DNA of 64,000 nucleotides from Cycloclasticus sp. (GCA_036961325.1 JBALVF010000002.1:210733-274732); one strand, 5' to 3'. Positions 28,490-39,279 are shown, counted from the stretch's first letter. The notes: generated by a model from the letters alone, not told the origin. A program made the numbers and translations.

Positions 28490-28555
28490 AAGGGGTCAAG
28501 TCTTGAATCATGAATTTTCTCGTCGATTATACTAGGCCTCTATGGCTAGACCCTT
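28490..28555. repeat. Degenerate GGGGTC...GACCC inverted-repeat mini-element
   Basis: AAGGGGTCAAG ... CTAGACCCTT, 66 bp; similar size and ends to the elements at 54941 and 56726, different interior. Confidence 0.4.
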
Positions 28556-28593
28556 ACGAATATAATCAAAAAAGCCAGTCTCCATTGACTTCT

Positions 28594-28621
28594 TTGACTT
28601 TATTGGCTTAACTGCTAGAAT
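28594..28621 (+). promoter_or_regulatory. Putative sigma70 promoter for the metal-efflux operon
   Basis: TTGACT-16 nt-TAGAAT, 67 nt upstream of the ATG at 28688. Confidence 0.45.
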
Positions 28622-28687
28622 TCCAATTGTTAAAAGGCTTTGTTAATGCAAAGCGTTGAGTTTAAAACATTTGTTCAGAAACCGACG

Positions 28688-29044
28688 ATGACAAAAAAAC
28701 TGTTGATTCTACTCATATTGATGATGGTGATAGCGCCAGTCGCTTCAGCGTCTAGCCATTGTTCGAATATGGCTACTGATATGGATGTCGTTGATTCAAC
28801 TGATGTGCAGGAAACTAGTGGACATGAGCACCATGCGCAAGCCGATACTCTTCCTGTTGATAGTGATAGCTGTGACTGCGCAGCCAGCATGGATTGCGCC
28901 GGTCACGTTTGTGCTTATGTGATGCCGTATGACGTTGCGGCAAGTCGTTCTATAGTACTCACTGGTTTCTTAACGCTCGATCACACCTTTCCCCTCAGCG
29001 AAACCATTTCTCCTGAAATAAGACCCCCCAGCCTAAGCGTATAA
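28688..29044 (+). CDS. Exported Cys/His/Met-rich small protein (CzcI/DUF2946-like)
   Basis: Signal peptide MTKKLLILLILMMVIAPVASA, GHEHH, CDCAASMDCAGHVC, C-terminal EIRPP; immediately upstream of the RND operon. Confidence 0.65.
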   Translation: MTKKLLILLILMMVIAPVASASSHCSNMATDMDVVDSTDVQETSGHEHHAQADTLPVDSDSCDCAASMDCAGHVCAYVMPYDVAASRSIVLTGFLTLDHTFPLSETISPEIRPPSLSV

Positions 29045-29191
29045 CAGAGGGCTAGTCCGTCTGCTGTTTTTAAACGGCCAGGTATTTACAAGAATATTCC
29101 TACCGTTTACGCCAGTGACGAACTTCGTTCATTGCCCTCTAAAGTTTTTCGATGCTAATTCATTATCGATTTTTATACGCTTGAGGACATT

Positions 29192-30472
29192 ATGGTTTTA
29201 TTTAAGAAACTGGCACTACTAACAATACTTTTAGTTTTATCCAGCACCGCCAGTGCTGAAGAGGCTAGCGTCTTAACGCTAGAGATGGCGCTCGGTATTG
29301 CCGTTCAGAACAACCCAGGTCTGGCTGAAATGCGCGCCCGTTCCGACGCAATGGCGGCGATCCCATCACAGGTGGGAACCTTGCCTGACCCGATGATCAG
29401 TTTTAACGCCTTAAATTTTCCGGTTGATACCTTTGATATTGATCAGGAAAATATGACGCAGCTGCAAACGGGACTGTCTCAGTTGATTCCGTTCCCTGGC
29501 AAATTGGCGCTGCGTGAAGAGGGTGCAGAGCACGAAGCCGAGGCGGCTAATCATAACGTTACAGAAACTCGTTGGTTTTTACTGCGAGACGTTAAAAAAA
29601 CCTGGTGGGCTATTTTTTATTTAGATCACGCGCTAGAGATTATTTCTGCTAATCAGGATTTGTTACGGCAGTTTGTTCAAATCGCACAAACTAAATATCA
29701 GGTGGGTGAGGGACTGCAGCAGGACGTTTTATTAGCGCAACTGGAACTATCTAAGTTACTGGACAATAAACTCAGCTTACAAGCCGCAAGAGACAGGGTT
29801 AGGGCGCAATTAAATGCCTTGCTTGACCGATCAGCTGAACAGCAAATTAATATGCCAGCGATGGTTTTAGAGAAGTTGCCCAAATTACGAGCAGAAGCAG
29901 AACTATTTCAGTTCGCAGAAAATTATCGGGCTTTACTGGCTGCTCAGCGTGAATCTATTAATGCGGCGCAATCACGCTTAGACCTTGCGAAAAAAGACTT
30001 CTATCCAGACTTCAACGTAGGGGCTTTTTATAGCGTCCGAGATGATATGCCATCCGGGCCTGATAGAGCCGATTTTCTCAGTTTAAGACTGAGTATGAAT
30101 CTGCCTATTTTTACCGACACCAAGCAGCAAAAAGCGGTAGATCAACGAAATAAAGAATTATTGCAGCGTAAGTTCAACTTGCGGGATAAATGGAACCGCG
30201 TACGCGCTGAGATATCAACGGCTTATAGCTATTACCAAAAAAGCAGCCAGCAGGTTGAGCTATTCAAAAGCGGCATTATTCCTCAGGCGCGGCAAACCGT
30301 CGCGTCAATGCTTGCGGGATATCAGGTCGATAAGGTCGATTTTCTAAATCTGATACGCAGTCAAATCACGCTTTATAACTACGAAACGCAATACTGGAAG
30401 GCACTAACAGAAGCTAATCAGGCATTGGCAGAATTAACCGCCGTTGTTGGCAAGGAAGAGATTTATGAATAA
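29192..30472 (+). CDS. TolC-family outer-membrane efflux protein (CusC-like)
   Basis: Signal peptide, two OEP-like repeats; first gene of the RND triplet. Confidence 0.88.
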   Translation: MVLFKKLALLTILLVLSSTASAEEASVLTLEMALGIAVQNNPGLAEMRARSDAMAAIPSQVGTLPDPMISFNALNFPVDTFDIDQENMTQLQTGLSQLIPFPGKLALREEGAEHEAEAANHNVTETRWFLLRDVKKTWWAIFYLDHALEIISANQDLLRQFVQIAQTKYQVGEGLQQDVLLAQLELSKLLDNKLSLQAARDRVRAQLNALLDRSAEQQINMPAMVLEKLPKLRAEAELFQFAENYRALLAAQRESINAAQSRLDLAKKDFYPDFNVGAFYSVRDDMPSGPDRADFLSLRLSMNLPIFTDTKQQKAVDQRNKELLQRKFNLRDKWNRVRAEISTAYSYYQKSSQQVELFKSGIIPQARQTVASMLAGYQVDKVDFLNLIRSQITLYNYETQYWKALTEANQALAELTAVVGKEEIYE

Positions 30473-31919
30473 TAAAATAATAGTGATTATGGCACCTGCT
30501 TTATTATTGGCAGGATTGACGGCTGGTTATTGGTTGGCTGGAATGAATCAGCATAAAGAGGCAGCTAGTTCAGAGGCGATGGAACCGAGCATTCTTTTCT
30601 ACCGTAACCCAATGAACCCGGACATTACTTCGCCGTTGCCAGCAAAAGATGATATGGGCATGGATTACTTACCCGTGTATGCGGAAGAAGAAACGCCCAA
30701 AGTAGCGAAAATTCTGTTTTATCGTAACCCTATGAACCCTGATATTACCTCAGCAACACCGGCTCAGGATGATATGGGGATGGATTATATCCCCGTTTTT
30801 GCTGATACCAGTAACGACGACGAAGCGCCGGCGGGCACGGTTAAAATTGACGGTGTGACGACTCAAAATATCGGTGTGCGAACAGCAAAAGCCGTTGAAT
30901 TGGCCTTGTCGCATACCGTTCGAGCCGTTGGCAGGGTGGCCTATGACGAAGAAAAAATGTTGCATTTACACCCTAAAACCGAAGGCTGGATTGAAAAGAT
31001 GCACGTTGATAAAACCGGTCAATGGGTAAAAGAGGACACGGATTTATTGAGTATTTATTCTCCACAGCTGGTCACCAGTCAACAAGAATACTTACTCGCG
31101 CTAAATAATTTGAAGGCGCTTGAAAAAAGTCCAATCGAAGACATACGGCGCGGCGCTGAAGCGTTGGTAAAAAGCGCACGTGAACGATTGAAGTTGCTAG
31201 ATTTTCCTGCGCACCAGATGCGGGAGTTAGATAAAAGCCGACAGATCAAAAAGAGCATTCATATACATACGCCAACGGAAGGTATTGTGATGAAGATAGG
31301 CGCCCGTGAGGGGCAGTTCGTCACGCCTAAAACTGAGATATATATGATCGCCGATTTACGCAAAGTATGGGTGTACGCCAATATTTACGAATATGAACTA
31401 CCGTGGGTTAAAGAGGGTGATTCGGTGGAGATGCAGTTAGTCGGTATTCCAGGGCGAGTTTATAAAGGACACCTGGCCTATATCTATCCCTACGCTGAAT
31501 CTAAAACACGGACCATTAAGGTGCGCTTAGTGTTTGATAACCCTGACCTCCTTTTAAAACCAAATATGTTTGCAGACCTGACTATTAACGCTGGTAAACG
31601 GGCAAATGCGGTGGTGATTCCATCAGAAGCGGTGATCCGTTCAGGTTCTCGCAATCAGGTCTTTGTCGTTCGAGGTCCAGGGAAATTTGAACCGCGTCTG
31701 GTCAGACTAGGGCTGGATTCAAATGGACGGGTCGAAGTGCTTGAAGGTGTTAAAGCGGGAGAGGAAGTCGTTACCTCAGCGCAATTTTTAATCGATTCAG
31801 AATCGAAGCTACGTGAAGCGACGGCGAAAATGTTACAGCTGATGGATGAAAAGAAACAAATGGACGCAACATCAGCTTCAAATAAGCAGGGCGACTCTAT
31901 GGAGATGAACGATGATTAA
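30465..31919 (+). CDS. cusB: RND periplasmic adaptor with two tandem heavy-metal-binding repeats
   Basis: Two copies of FYRNPMNPDITS...DDMGMDYxPV; LLSIYSPQLV, YIYPY, LKPNMFA motifs. ATG at 30465. Confidence 0.88.
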   Translation: MNNKIIVIMAPALLLAGLTAGYWLAGMNQHKEAASSEAMEPSILFYRNPMNPDITSPLPAKDDMGMDYLPVYAEEETPKVAKILFYRNPMNPDITSATPAQDDMGMDYIPVFADTSNDDEAPAGTVKIDGVTTQNIGVRTAKAVELALSHTVRAVGRVAYDEEKMLHLHPKTEGWIEKMHVDKTGQWVKEDTDLLSIYSPQLVTSQQEYLLALNNLKALEKSPIEDIRRGAEALVKSARERLKLLDFPAHQMRELDKSRQIKKSIHIHTPTEGIVMKIGAREGQFVTPKTEIYMIADLRKVWVYANIYEYELPWVKEGDSVEMQLVGIPGRVYKGHLAYIYPYAESKTRTIKVRLVFDNPDLLLKPNMFADLTINAGKRANAVVIPSEAVIRSGSRNQVFVVRGPGKFEPRLVRLGLDSNGRVEVLEGVKAGEEVVTSAQFLIDSESKLREATAKMLQLMDEKKQMDATSASNKQGDSMEMNDD

Positions 31920-34900
31920 TGCAATTATCAATGCCTCCATAAAAGACCGTTTTATGGTATTAATTGCGACGCTGATTATCGCTGTGGCCGGTTTATGGAG
32001 TTATAACAATACGTTTTTAGACGCTATTCCTGATTTATCCGACGTGCAAGTGATTGTTTTTACGAAGTATTCAGGCCAAGCACCGCAAGTCGTTGAAGAT
32101 CAGGTGACCTACCCGTTGACCACCGCGATGCTGTCGGTACCACATTCTAAAATCGTTCGTGGTTATTCTTTTTTTGGTTTGTCGTTTGTCTACATCATTT
32201 TTGAAGACGGTACCGATATGTACTGGGCTCGATCGCGCGTGCTGGAGTCGCTGAATTTTGTTAGCAGTAAACTACCCGAAGGCGTAACGCCGACCCTGGG
32301 TCCAGATGCTACTGGCGTTGGTTGGGTTTATGAGTACGCTCTGGTGGATAAAACCGGTCAGCATGATTTGGCGCAACTGCGTTCAATTCAAGATTGGTAT
32401 TTGCGTTACCCCTTACAGACCGTAGCGGGTGTTGCCGAGGTCGCTTCGGTGGGCGGTTTCGTTAAACAATATCAGGTTGAGGTTGATCCCAATGCGCTAC
32501 AGGCTTATGGCATTCCGTTATCGAAAGTCAAACATGCTATCAAACGCTCGAATAATGACGTCGGTGGCCGTTTAATAGAAATGGCAGAAACCGAATATAT
32601 GGTTCGCGGTTTGGGCTATATCCAGTCACTAGAAGATTTAAATAGTATCCCTGTCGGCGTCGATAGCAACGGCACACCGATTCGTTTGCAGGATATCGCA
32701 AACGTCCATATCGGGCCAGAGCTTAGACGTGGGGTGGTGGAACTAAACGGCGAAGGTGAGGTGGCGGGTGGCGTTGTGATTATGCGTTACGGCGAGAATG
32801 CCTTATCCACCATCCAGGGTGTACGCAAAAAACTGGAAGAGCTGAAGCAGGGCTTACCCGCTGGCGTCGAGATCGTTCCAGTATATGACAGGGGCAACTT
32901 GATAGAAGGAGCTGTCGCCAGTTTAAATACATCGCTATTACAAGAATTAGCCATCGTCAGTTTGGTCGTCATGCTGTTTTTATTACACGCACGCTCTGCG
33001 CTAGTCGCGATTATTACCTTACCGTTAGGCATTTTAATGGCCTTTATCGTGATGAAATTTCAGGGGCTTAACGCGAATATCATGTCTTTGGGTGGTATTG
33101 CGATCACCATTGGGACGATGGTCGATGGCGCTATCGTTATGGTGGAAAATGCGCATAAACACCTGGAACAGTCTGCGGCCAAAAAAGGAGCAGATTTAAC
33201 CATTGACGAGCGGTGGACGGCGATCGCTAACGCTTCACGCGAAGTGGGCCCTGCGTTGTTTTTTTCCTTATTGATTATCACGGTTTCTTTCCTACCCATT
33301 TTTACCATGCAGGCGCAAGAAGGACGGATGTTCAGTCCATTAGCCTTTACCGCAGCGTATGCGATGGCCGCTTCGGCGATACTCGCGGTGACCCTGGTGC
33401 CGGTGATGATGGGTTACTTTATTCGTGGAAAAATTATTTCCGAACGTAAAAACCCGGTCAATCGTTTATTACACGCCGTTCATACGCCGTTATTAAAAAT
33501 GGCGATGCAATGGCGTAAAGTGACCGTTGTTTTAGCGCTTGGCTTATTGGTACTAACGCTTTATCCCTACTCAAAACTCGGCAGCGAATTTATGCCGCCG
33601 CTCGATGAGGGAGATATTTTGTATATGCCAACGACTTTCCCGGGCATCTCCATCACCAAGGCAAAGGAACTGTTGCAGCAGACGGACAAGATTATTAAAA
33701 CCTTTCCGGAAGTGCATCACGTATTCGGTAAGGTAGGTAGGGCAGAAACGGCCACCGACGCCGCGCCACTATCGATGATAGAAACGACGATTAGCCTTAA
33801 ACCGAAAGAAGAATGGCCTGATCCCGATAAAACCACCAAGCAATTAATGAGTGAAATGGATCAGGCGATTAAGTTTCCAGGGCTTGCTAATGCCTGGACG
33901 ATGCCGATTAAAACGCGGATTGATATGTTATCAACGGGCATTAAAACGCCTGTGGGTATCAAGGTTTCCGGGCCGGATTTAAACGTACTGCAAACTATTT
34001 CCGGCGAAATTGAACGGGCCATGAAGACGATTCCCGAAACGACTTCAGCGTTTGGTGATCGCGCGGTAGGGGGTTATTACCTTGATTTTGATATCAACCG
34101 TGAAGCGGCTTCTCGTTATGGTTTAACGGTGGGCGACGTGCAAGACGTTATACAAAGTGCTATCGGCGGGATGAATATTACCGAAACCGTAGAAGGGCTA
34201 GAGCGTTACCCGGTCAACCTGCGTTACCCACGTGAATTACGTGATGACTTTGAAAGCTTGAAGCGGGTGCTGATTCCCACACCGACGGGTAGTCAAATAC
34301 CACTCGTGCAAGTAGCTGAGTTGAACTTCAGGCGTGGCCCACCGGTTATTAAGAGCGAGAATTCTCGGCCGAACGCCTGGATATACGTCGATATTAATAC
34401 CTCTGATATTGGCGGTTTTGTCACCAAAGCGAAACGGGTTTTGGCAGAAAATGTGACCATTCCAGCGGGTTATACGGTGGTTTGGTCCGGCCAATTTGAA
34501 TATATGGAAAGGGCGGCGAAACGTCTGAAAATAGTGGTACCCGCTACCCTTGTCATCATTTTCTTGCTGCTTTATATCCATTTTCGTAATGCCATTGAGC
34601 CGATTATCGTCATGTTGGCACTGCCGTTTGGCGTTATCGGTGGTATCTGGATGATCTATTTAAATGATTACAATTTATCCGTTGCCGTTTATGTGGGCTT
34701 TATTGCTCTAGCGGGGATGGCGGCAGAAATTGGCGTGCTGGTACTCAGCTTCATTGATATGGAAATTGCAAAACGCCGCACGGCGAGTTCAGAGCCACTA
34801 TCAACGGCAGAAATTAGAGAAGCGACGCATTCGGCAACCTCTATGCGCGTCCGTCCCGTCGTTATGACCGCAGTCTCCACCATGGCGGGGCTGGTTCCGA

Positions 34901-35097
34901 TTATGCTCAGTAGTGGAATAGGATCAGATGTAACGCACCGTATAGCCGCTCCGATGTTGGGCGGTATGCTGACTGTATTGATATTAAACCTGCTGGTACT
35001 GCCGGTTATTTATAGCTTTGTCTTGCAACACCAGGAAAGCCAAAAAAACAAATGGTTAACATTGGAAAATGATAACGGTGAAAAGCTCAGGGGATAG
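31912..35097 (+). CDS. cusA: CusA/CzcA-family heavy-metal RND permease (Cu/Ag type)
   Basis: DAIPDLSDVQVI, NIMSLGGIAI, FMPPLDEGD, NAWTMPIKTRIDMLSTG (CusA Met motif). Confidence 0.93.
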   Translation: MINAIINASIKDRFMVLIATLIIAVAGLWSYNNTFLDAIPDLSDVQVIVFTKYSGQAPQVVEDQVTYPLTTAMLSVPHSKIVRGYSFFGLSFVYIIFEDGTDMYWARSRVLESLNFVSSKLPEGVTPTLGPDATGVGWVYEYALVDKTGQHDLAQLRSIQDWYLRYPLQTVAGVAEVASVGGFVKQYQVEVDPNALQAYGIPLSKVKHAIKRSNNDVGGRLIEMAETEYMVRGLGYIQSLEDLNSIPVGVDSNGTPIRLQDIANVHIGPELRRGVVELNGEGEVAGGVVIMRYGENALSTIQGVRKKLEELKQGLPAGVEIVPVYDRGNLIEGAVASLNTSLLQELAIVSLVVMLFLLHARSALVAIITLPLGILMAFIVMKFQGLNANIMSLGGIAITIGTMVDGAIVMVENAHKHLEQSAAKKGADLTIDERWTAIANASREVGPALFFSLLIITVSFLPIFTMQAQEGRMFSPLAFTAAYAMAASAILAVTLVPVMMGYFIRGKIISERKNPVNRLLHAVHTPLLKMAMQWRKVTVVLALGLLVLTLYPYSKLGSEFMPPLDEGDILYMPTTFPGISITKAKELLQQTDKIIKTFPEVHHVFGKVGRAETATDAAPLSMIETTISLKPKEEWPDPDKTTKQLMSEMDQAIKFPGLANAWTMPIKTRIDMLSTGIKTPVGIKVSGPDLNVLQTISGEIERAMKTIPETTSAFGDRAVGGYYLDFDINREAASRYGLTVGDVQDVIQSAIGGMNITETVEGLERYPVNLRYPRELRDDFESLKRVLIPTPTGSQIPLVQVAELNFRRGPPVIKSENSRPNAWIYVDINTSDIGGFVTKAKRVLAENVTIPAGYTVVWSGQFEYMERAAKRLKIVVPATLVIIFLLLYIHFRNAIEPIIVMLALPFGVIGGIWMIYLNDYNLSVAVYVGFIALAGMAAEIGVLVLSFIDMEIAKRRTASSEPLSTAEIREATHSATSMRVRPVVMTAVSTMAGLVPIMLSSGIGSDVTHRIAAPMLGGMLTVLILNLLVLPVIYSFVLQHQESQKNKWLTLENDNGEKLRG

Positions 35098-35266
35098 GCA
35101 TATTTATTAATGCTTAAGTGTCGAGGAGGTTTCCAGCTGGAAGAATTACACGGCAATTATAAGATGACGGGTATCTTAACGTTTAGTAATACATAGACTT
35201 TAGGCTGATGCTAATTACCCTTTGTGTTGTAGAACTTTAAAGGCGAAGTGAATTGCTATCCGTGTG

Positions 35267-35902
35267 TTATATATCAAGTAGATTTTCTTGTAACGCCAAA
35301 TGCACTAATTCGGCAGTGGTGGTCACATTGAGACTTTTTTTAGTTTTACTCAAATAATTGGATACGGTTTTTTTAGATAAATGCATTTCGTTAGATATCT
35401 CACCAATGGATTGCCCCCTGGTTAAGCGTAAAAAAACGTCAAACTCCTTGGAGGTGAGCGCTGATAATGCAGAAATCTTTTGAGGGCCAAGCTGGCTTAA
35501 TGCAATTTTATCGGCTATATCAGGACTGATAAATCTCTTGCCTTTTACAACCTCAGCTAAAGCTTGCATTAGAATAACCCCACTACTTGACTTGGTAACA
35601 TACCCAGTAGCGCCTGCCTTGAAACACCTTTCAACCAGACTTTGGTGATCATACAATGAGGCAACTAAAATATACGCCTTTTCCTGGTGGTTGATAATGC
35701 GATGGATAGAACTCGCTATTCCTATGCCAGGCATCATCACATCAATGACGACTAGATCAGGTAGAAATTCTTTAAAAAGATTAACGGCTTCCTCGCCATT
35801 ACAAGCCTCAGCTACGACTTCGTGTAAGCCTGTCGATTCAAAAAGGCGTCGATAACCTGATCGAACTATTGGGTGGTCATCTGCAATTAGTATACGACTC
35901 AT
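35267..35902 (-). CDS. NarL/LuxR-family response regulator
   Basis: ADDHPIVR, IDVMMPG receiver domain; C-terminal LuxR-type HTH. Confidence 0.9.
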   Translation of the reverse strand: MSRILIADDHPIVRSGYRRLFESTGLHEVVAEACNGEEAVNLFKEFLPDLVVIDVMMPGIGIASSIHRIINHQEKAYILVASLYDHQSLVERCFKAGATGYVTKSSSGVILMQALAEVVKGKRFISPDIADKIALSQLGPQKISALSALTSKEFDVFLRLTRGQSIGEISNEMHLSKKTVSNYLSKTKKSLNVTTTAELVHLALQENLLDI

Positions 35903-35924
35903 TCCTTTACAATATTCCTATTTA

Positions 35925-37115
35925 TCAAACATAAGGTAACTGTACATGAATTTGAGCCCCACCTGCTGACGAGTCTCCACGATACAATGAACCGCCCAGT
36001 GATCTCACTCGCTCATTCATATATTTTAAGCCTAAACAACGGTTGTTGAATGTTTTAGGAAATCCACAGCCGTTATCAGAAATAACTAAGTCAACAATAA
36101 AACCACTACCTTTATTATTAATGAATTCTTTTGTAATCAACTTATTGTCTTGTTGTTCCATTTTATAAATGGAGAAGGCTGCTTGAACTTCTGTCGCCCC
36201 TGAGTGCCGAGTAATATTAGTCAACGCTTCTTGTGTCACGCGATATAGCATTTCTTTAATGTCTAAAGGCAGATCAGAATCTACCTTAGCGTTTAAAGTT
36301 ATTTGACCTATAACATTTCGATTCCTCTTATTCCAATCAGAAAATAAATCTTGAAGCATTTCATTAACTGTCAAATGTAAAATAACAGTGCGTGGATTTA
36401 GTCGGATGCTGATATTCCTGATAGTTTTAAGAAATTTTTCGGATAGTTTTATAATGTCGTTGATAGTTTCAGTTTCAGAAGCTGATCGCCCATTTTCCTG
36501 AATAGCTAAAAAATCTGCATTTAACTTAATTGCCGTACCTATTTGTCCTATTTCATCGTGCAAATCCTGAGACAGCTGTCGTCGTTCGTTATCTGTCGCG
36601 ATAACGATATCCTGAGTGAGTTTTTTATTTTCTTCGAGTAGCTTACCTAAAGACAACGTCGTATTTTTTAAAGCGGTGACGTCAACGGATGTTTTTATGG
36701 CGACAAACCTTCCATCATCCCAACGCATAACTTGATCGCAGCATTGAAACCATTTTTTTTTCATTAAGTTTAGGTAAGTCGAGTGGCGGATTCCCGTTGG
36801 TTGGCCTTTCTCGTTTATTAAGTTTTTATTCGTACAAAATTCACAAACTTTATTTTGTCCTTTTTGTAGCACCTTCCAGCATTTCTTTCCAACAACGGAA
36901 CCAAATAAATCGACGATTTTTTTGTTGGCAAAAATTATTTCTTCAGTCATTAGATCAACTATATAAATAGGTTCGTCGATAGTATCTAAGATATTTTTTA
37001 ATAACGTATTATCGGATGATTTATCACTCTGGGTTTTACTGTTTAAAGCCGTTAAGGTGTTTTTTTCCAGAAGACCAATAAGTTCTTTTTTTGATAGTGC
37101 TGAATAGAGTGTCAT
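35925..37115 (-). CDS. Soluble PAS-domain sensor histidine kinase (HisKA_3)
   Basis: SQDLHDEIGQ H-box, EALTNITRH, SDNGCGF; no TM segment; PAS contains KKCW...VCEFC. Confidence 0.88.
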   Translation of the reverse strand: MTLYSALSKKELIGLLEKNTLTALNSKTQSDKSSDNTLLKNILDTIDEPIYIVDLMTEEIIFANKKIVDLFGSVVGKKCWKVLQKGQNKVCEFCTNKNLINEKGQPTGIRHSTYLNLMKKKWFQCCDQVMRWDDGRFVAIKTSVDVTALKNTTLSLGKLLEENKKLTQDIVIATDNERRQLSQDLHDEIGQIGTAIKLNADFLAIQENGRSASETETINDIIKLSEKFLKTIRNISIRLNPRTVILHLTVNEMLQDLFSDWNKRNRNVIGQITLNAKVDSDLPLDIKEMLYRVTQEALTNITRHSGATEVQAAFSIYKMEQQDNKLITKEFINNKGSGFIVDLVISDNGCGFPKTFNNRCLGLKYMNERVRSLGGSLYRGDSSAGGAQIHVQLPYV

Positions 37116-37371
37116 TTTTTTAGTTAACCTTTAAATCATAGAATTACAGCGATTTTTAATCGTTTGGTTTTTAATTTAGTAACTCTTGTTGGAATTTTAA
37201 GTTAAATATTAAGACAAAAATTTTATTTTAAGGCCGAAAAAGTTAAATGGTTGAATTCATGAGAAATGCCCGTATTAAATTGGGAATACTTCCCATGTTT
37301 ATTTTTTAGTTGCTCATCTATGCTTTCAATGTGATTTAAGTATTTTAAATGTATCAAAAGGAGAGGATTGT

Positions 37372-37476
37372 ATGATTTTAAAAAACAAAAAATATTGCAG
37401 AGTGGCAGGTAACTTTATCGCTCATAAGTACCTATCTTCATTGTCGGGCTTATCTCTTAAAACACTTTATCTTTAA
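37372..37476 (+). other. 34-codon ORF in frame with the downstream GGDEF-EAL gene, separated from it by one TAA
   Basis: AAAAGGAGAGG RBS, ATG at 37372, TAA at 37474, then 4 codons to ATG at 37489 in the same frame. Confidence 0.6.
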
Positions 37477-37488
37477 GTAGCATTTATT

Positions 37489-39141
37489 ATGCTGACTGCG
37501 GCTGTTTTTTTTGAGGAATCATCATTAGGGATGATGTTTACCGATAAAAATATGAACATCACACTAGTTAATGAAGCGTTTACTAATATAACTGGGTATT
37601 TAGCCGAAGAAGCCATTAACCAGAAACCCACAATACTTAATTCAGGTAAACAAGACAGGGTTTTTTATCAACAGATGTGGTATTCCATCAATTCCAATGG
37701 ATATTGGACAGGTGAAATATGGAATAGACGGAAAAACGGTGAAATTTATCCGGAGCTGATGACAATAAACGTAATTTATAGAGATGACGGCGAACAAAAA
37801 GGATTTATTGCAGTTTTTTCGGATATTTCTAATGTAAAAAGTGGGGGGAATAATCTTGGGTATTTGGCAAGTCACGACCCATTAACGGGCCTGCCTAATA
37901 GGCTTTTTATAAGTTCCCAATTTGAAACGGCGATAGAAAGGGCGAAGCGAAACGACTCAGTGTTAGCGCTACTTTTTATCGATCTTGATAATTTTAAACC
38001 AGTGAATGATGTCTTTGGTCATTCAGTCGGTGACACAGTATTACAGAAGGTTGCCGAGCGTCTTGTCGCGCAATTAAGAAAATCGGAAACGGTATCCCGT
38101 TGGGGCGGGGATGAGTTTATTGTTGTATTAGAAGATATAGAATCAGCTGCGAATATATCGTTGGTCGCGGCTAAATTATTAAACGCTATCAGTAGTCCTT
38201 TTATTGTTGATCGGAATGAAATATTTATCGGCTGTAGTATCGGTGTTTCAGTGCTATCTGAAAATTTACAGAGTAATGAATCTGATGCTTTAGTTCGAAA
38301 TGCAGGCACGGCCATGTATCAAGCTAAAAAAGATGGGGGTAATAAATATCACTTTTATGATGAGGAGATGGAGAAGGCGCTACATCACAGGTTGTTTTTA
38401 GAAAGAGAATTACACAATGCTATAGAAAACGACGAACTTGAGCTCCATTATCAAGCAAAGTTCTGTACGAAAACGCAAAAAATCCAAGGGGTAGAGGCAT
38501 TAATACGCTGGTTACACCCAGTGAAAGGATTCATTCCTCCCGATCAGTTTATCCCTATTGCCGAGGAGACAGGCCTAATTATTCCAATAGGGGATTGGGT
38601 GATTCGCACAGCTTGCCAGCAAGCACTAATCTGGATAAAAGAAGGAACACCAGTTCAGGTCGCAGTGAATGTCTCTGCAAGGCAGCTCAATAGCGGGAAT
38701 CTTCATGAGGAGATCGAGTCTATTTTGTCAGAAACGGGCTTGCCTCCACACTTGCTAGAAATAGAATTAACAGAGAGCCTGCTGATAAAGAATGTTTCGG
38801 AAACTGTTTTTTTACTGGATAAGTTAACAGAGCTCGGTGTCTCCATAGCGATTGATGACTTTGGTACAGGTTTCTCATCGCTGAGCTATTTAACGCAGTT
38901 TCCTGTAAAAAAACTAAAAATAGATCGTTGTTTTGTTCAGAAAATCTCTTCAGATAGCGCTGATAGGCGTTTGGTAAATGCCATTGTAGCGTTGGCACAT
39001 TCAATCGACCTTGAAGTGGTAGCGGAAGGAATCGAAACAACGGAACAATTGACGTATTTTAAAGAAATTAAATGTGACTTCGTTCAGGGCTTTTTATTAG
39101 CGAAACCCGTTGAGGCTGAATTAATGAAATTCACCGCATGA
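37489..39141 (+). CDS. PAS-GGDEF-EAL c-di-GMP turnover protein
   Basis: PAS/PAC, HDPLTGLPNR, WGGDEF, EALIRW, DDFGTGFSSLSYL. Confidence 0.92.
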   Translation: MLTAAVFFEESSLGMMFTDKNMNITLVNEAFTNITGYLAEEAINQKPTILNSGKQDRVFYQQMWYSINSNGYWTGEIWNRRKNGEIYPELMTINVIYRDDGEQKGFIAVFSDISNVKSGGNNLGYLASHDPLTGLPNRLFISSQFETAIERAKRNDSVLALLFIDLDNFKPVNDVFGHSVGDTVLQKVAERLVAQLRKSETVSRWGGDEFIVVLEDIESAANISLVAAKLLNAISSPFIVDRNEIFIGCSIGVSVLSENLQSNESDALVRNAGTAMYQAKKDGGNKYHFYDEEMEKALHHRLFLERELHNAIENDELELHYQAKFCTKTQKIQGVEALIRWLHPVKGFIPPDQFIPIAEETGLIIPIGDWVIRTACQQALIWIKEGTPVQVAVNVSARQLNSGNLHEEIESILSETGLPPHLLEIELTESLLIKNVSETVFLLDKLTELGVSIAIDDFGTGFSSLSYLTQFPVKKLKIDRCFVQKISSDSADRRLVNAIVALAHSIDLEVVAEGIETTEQLTYFKEIKCDFVQGFLLAKPVEAELMKFTA

Positions 39142-39279
39142 TTTTAAAAATTCTAATGGAATGAAATATCGTCAATGGGGACTAACTGACGGCATAGAAA
39201 GGTCATGGAATAGTGTCCTTTTGAATAGATAGAATAAAAATAGCTCTAGAAATAATTGATCACTTAAAAAGGAAAATAT

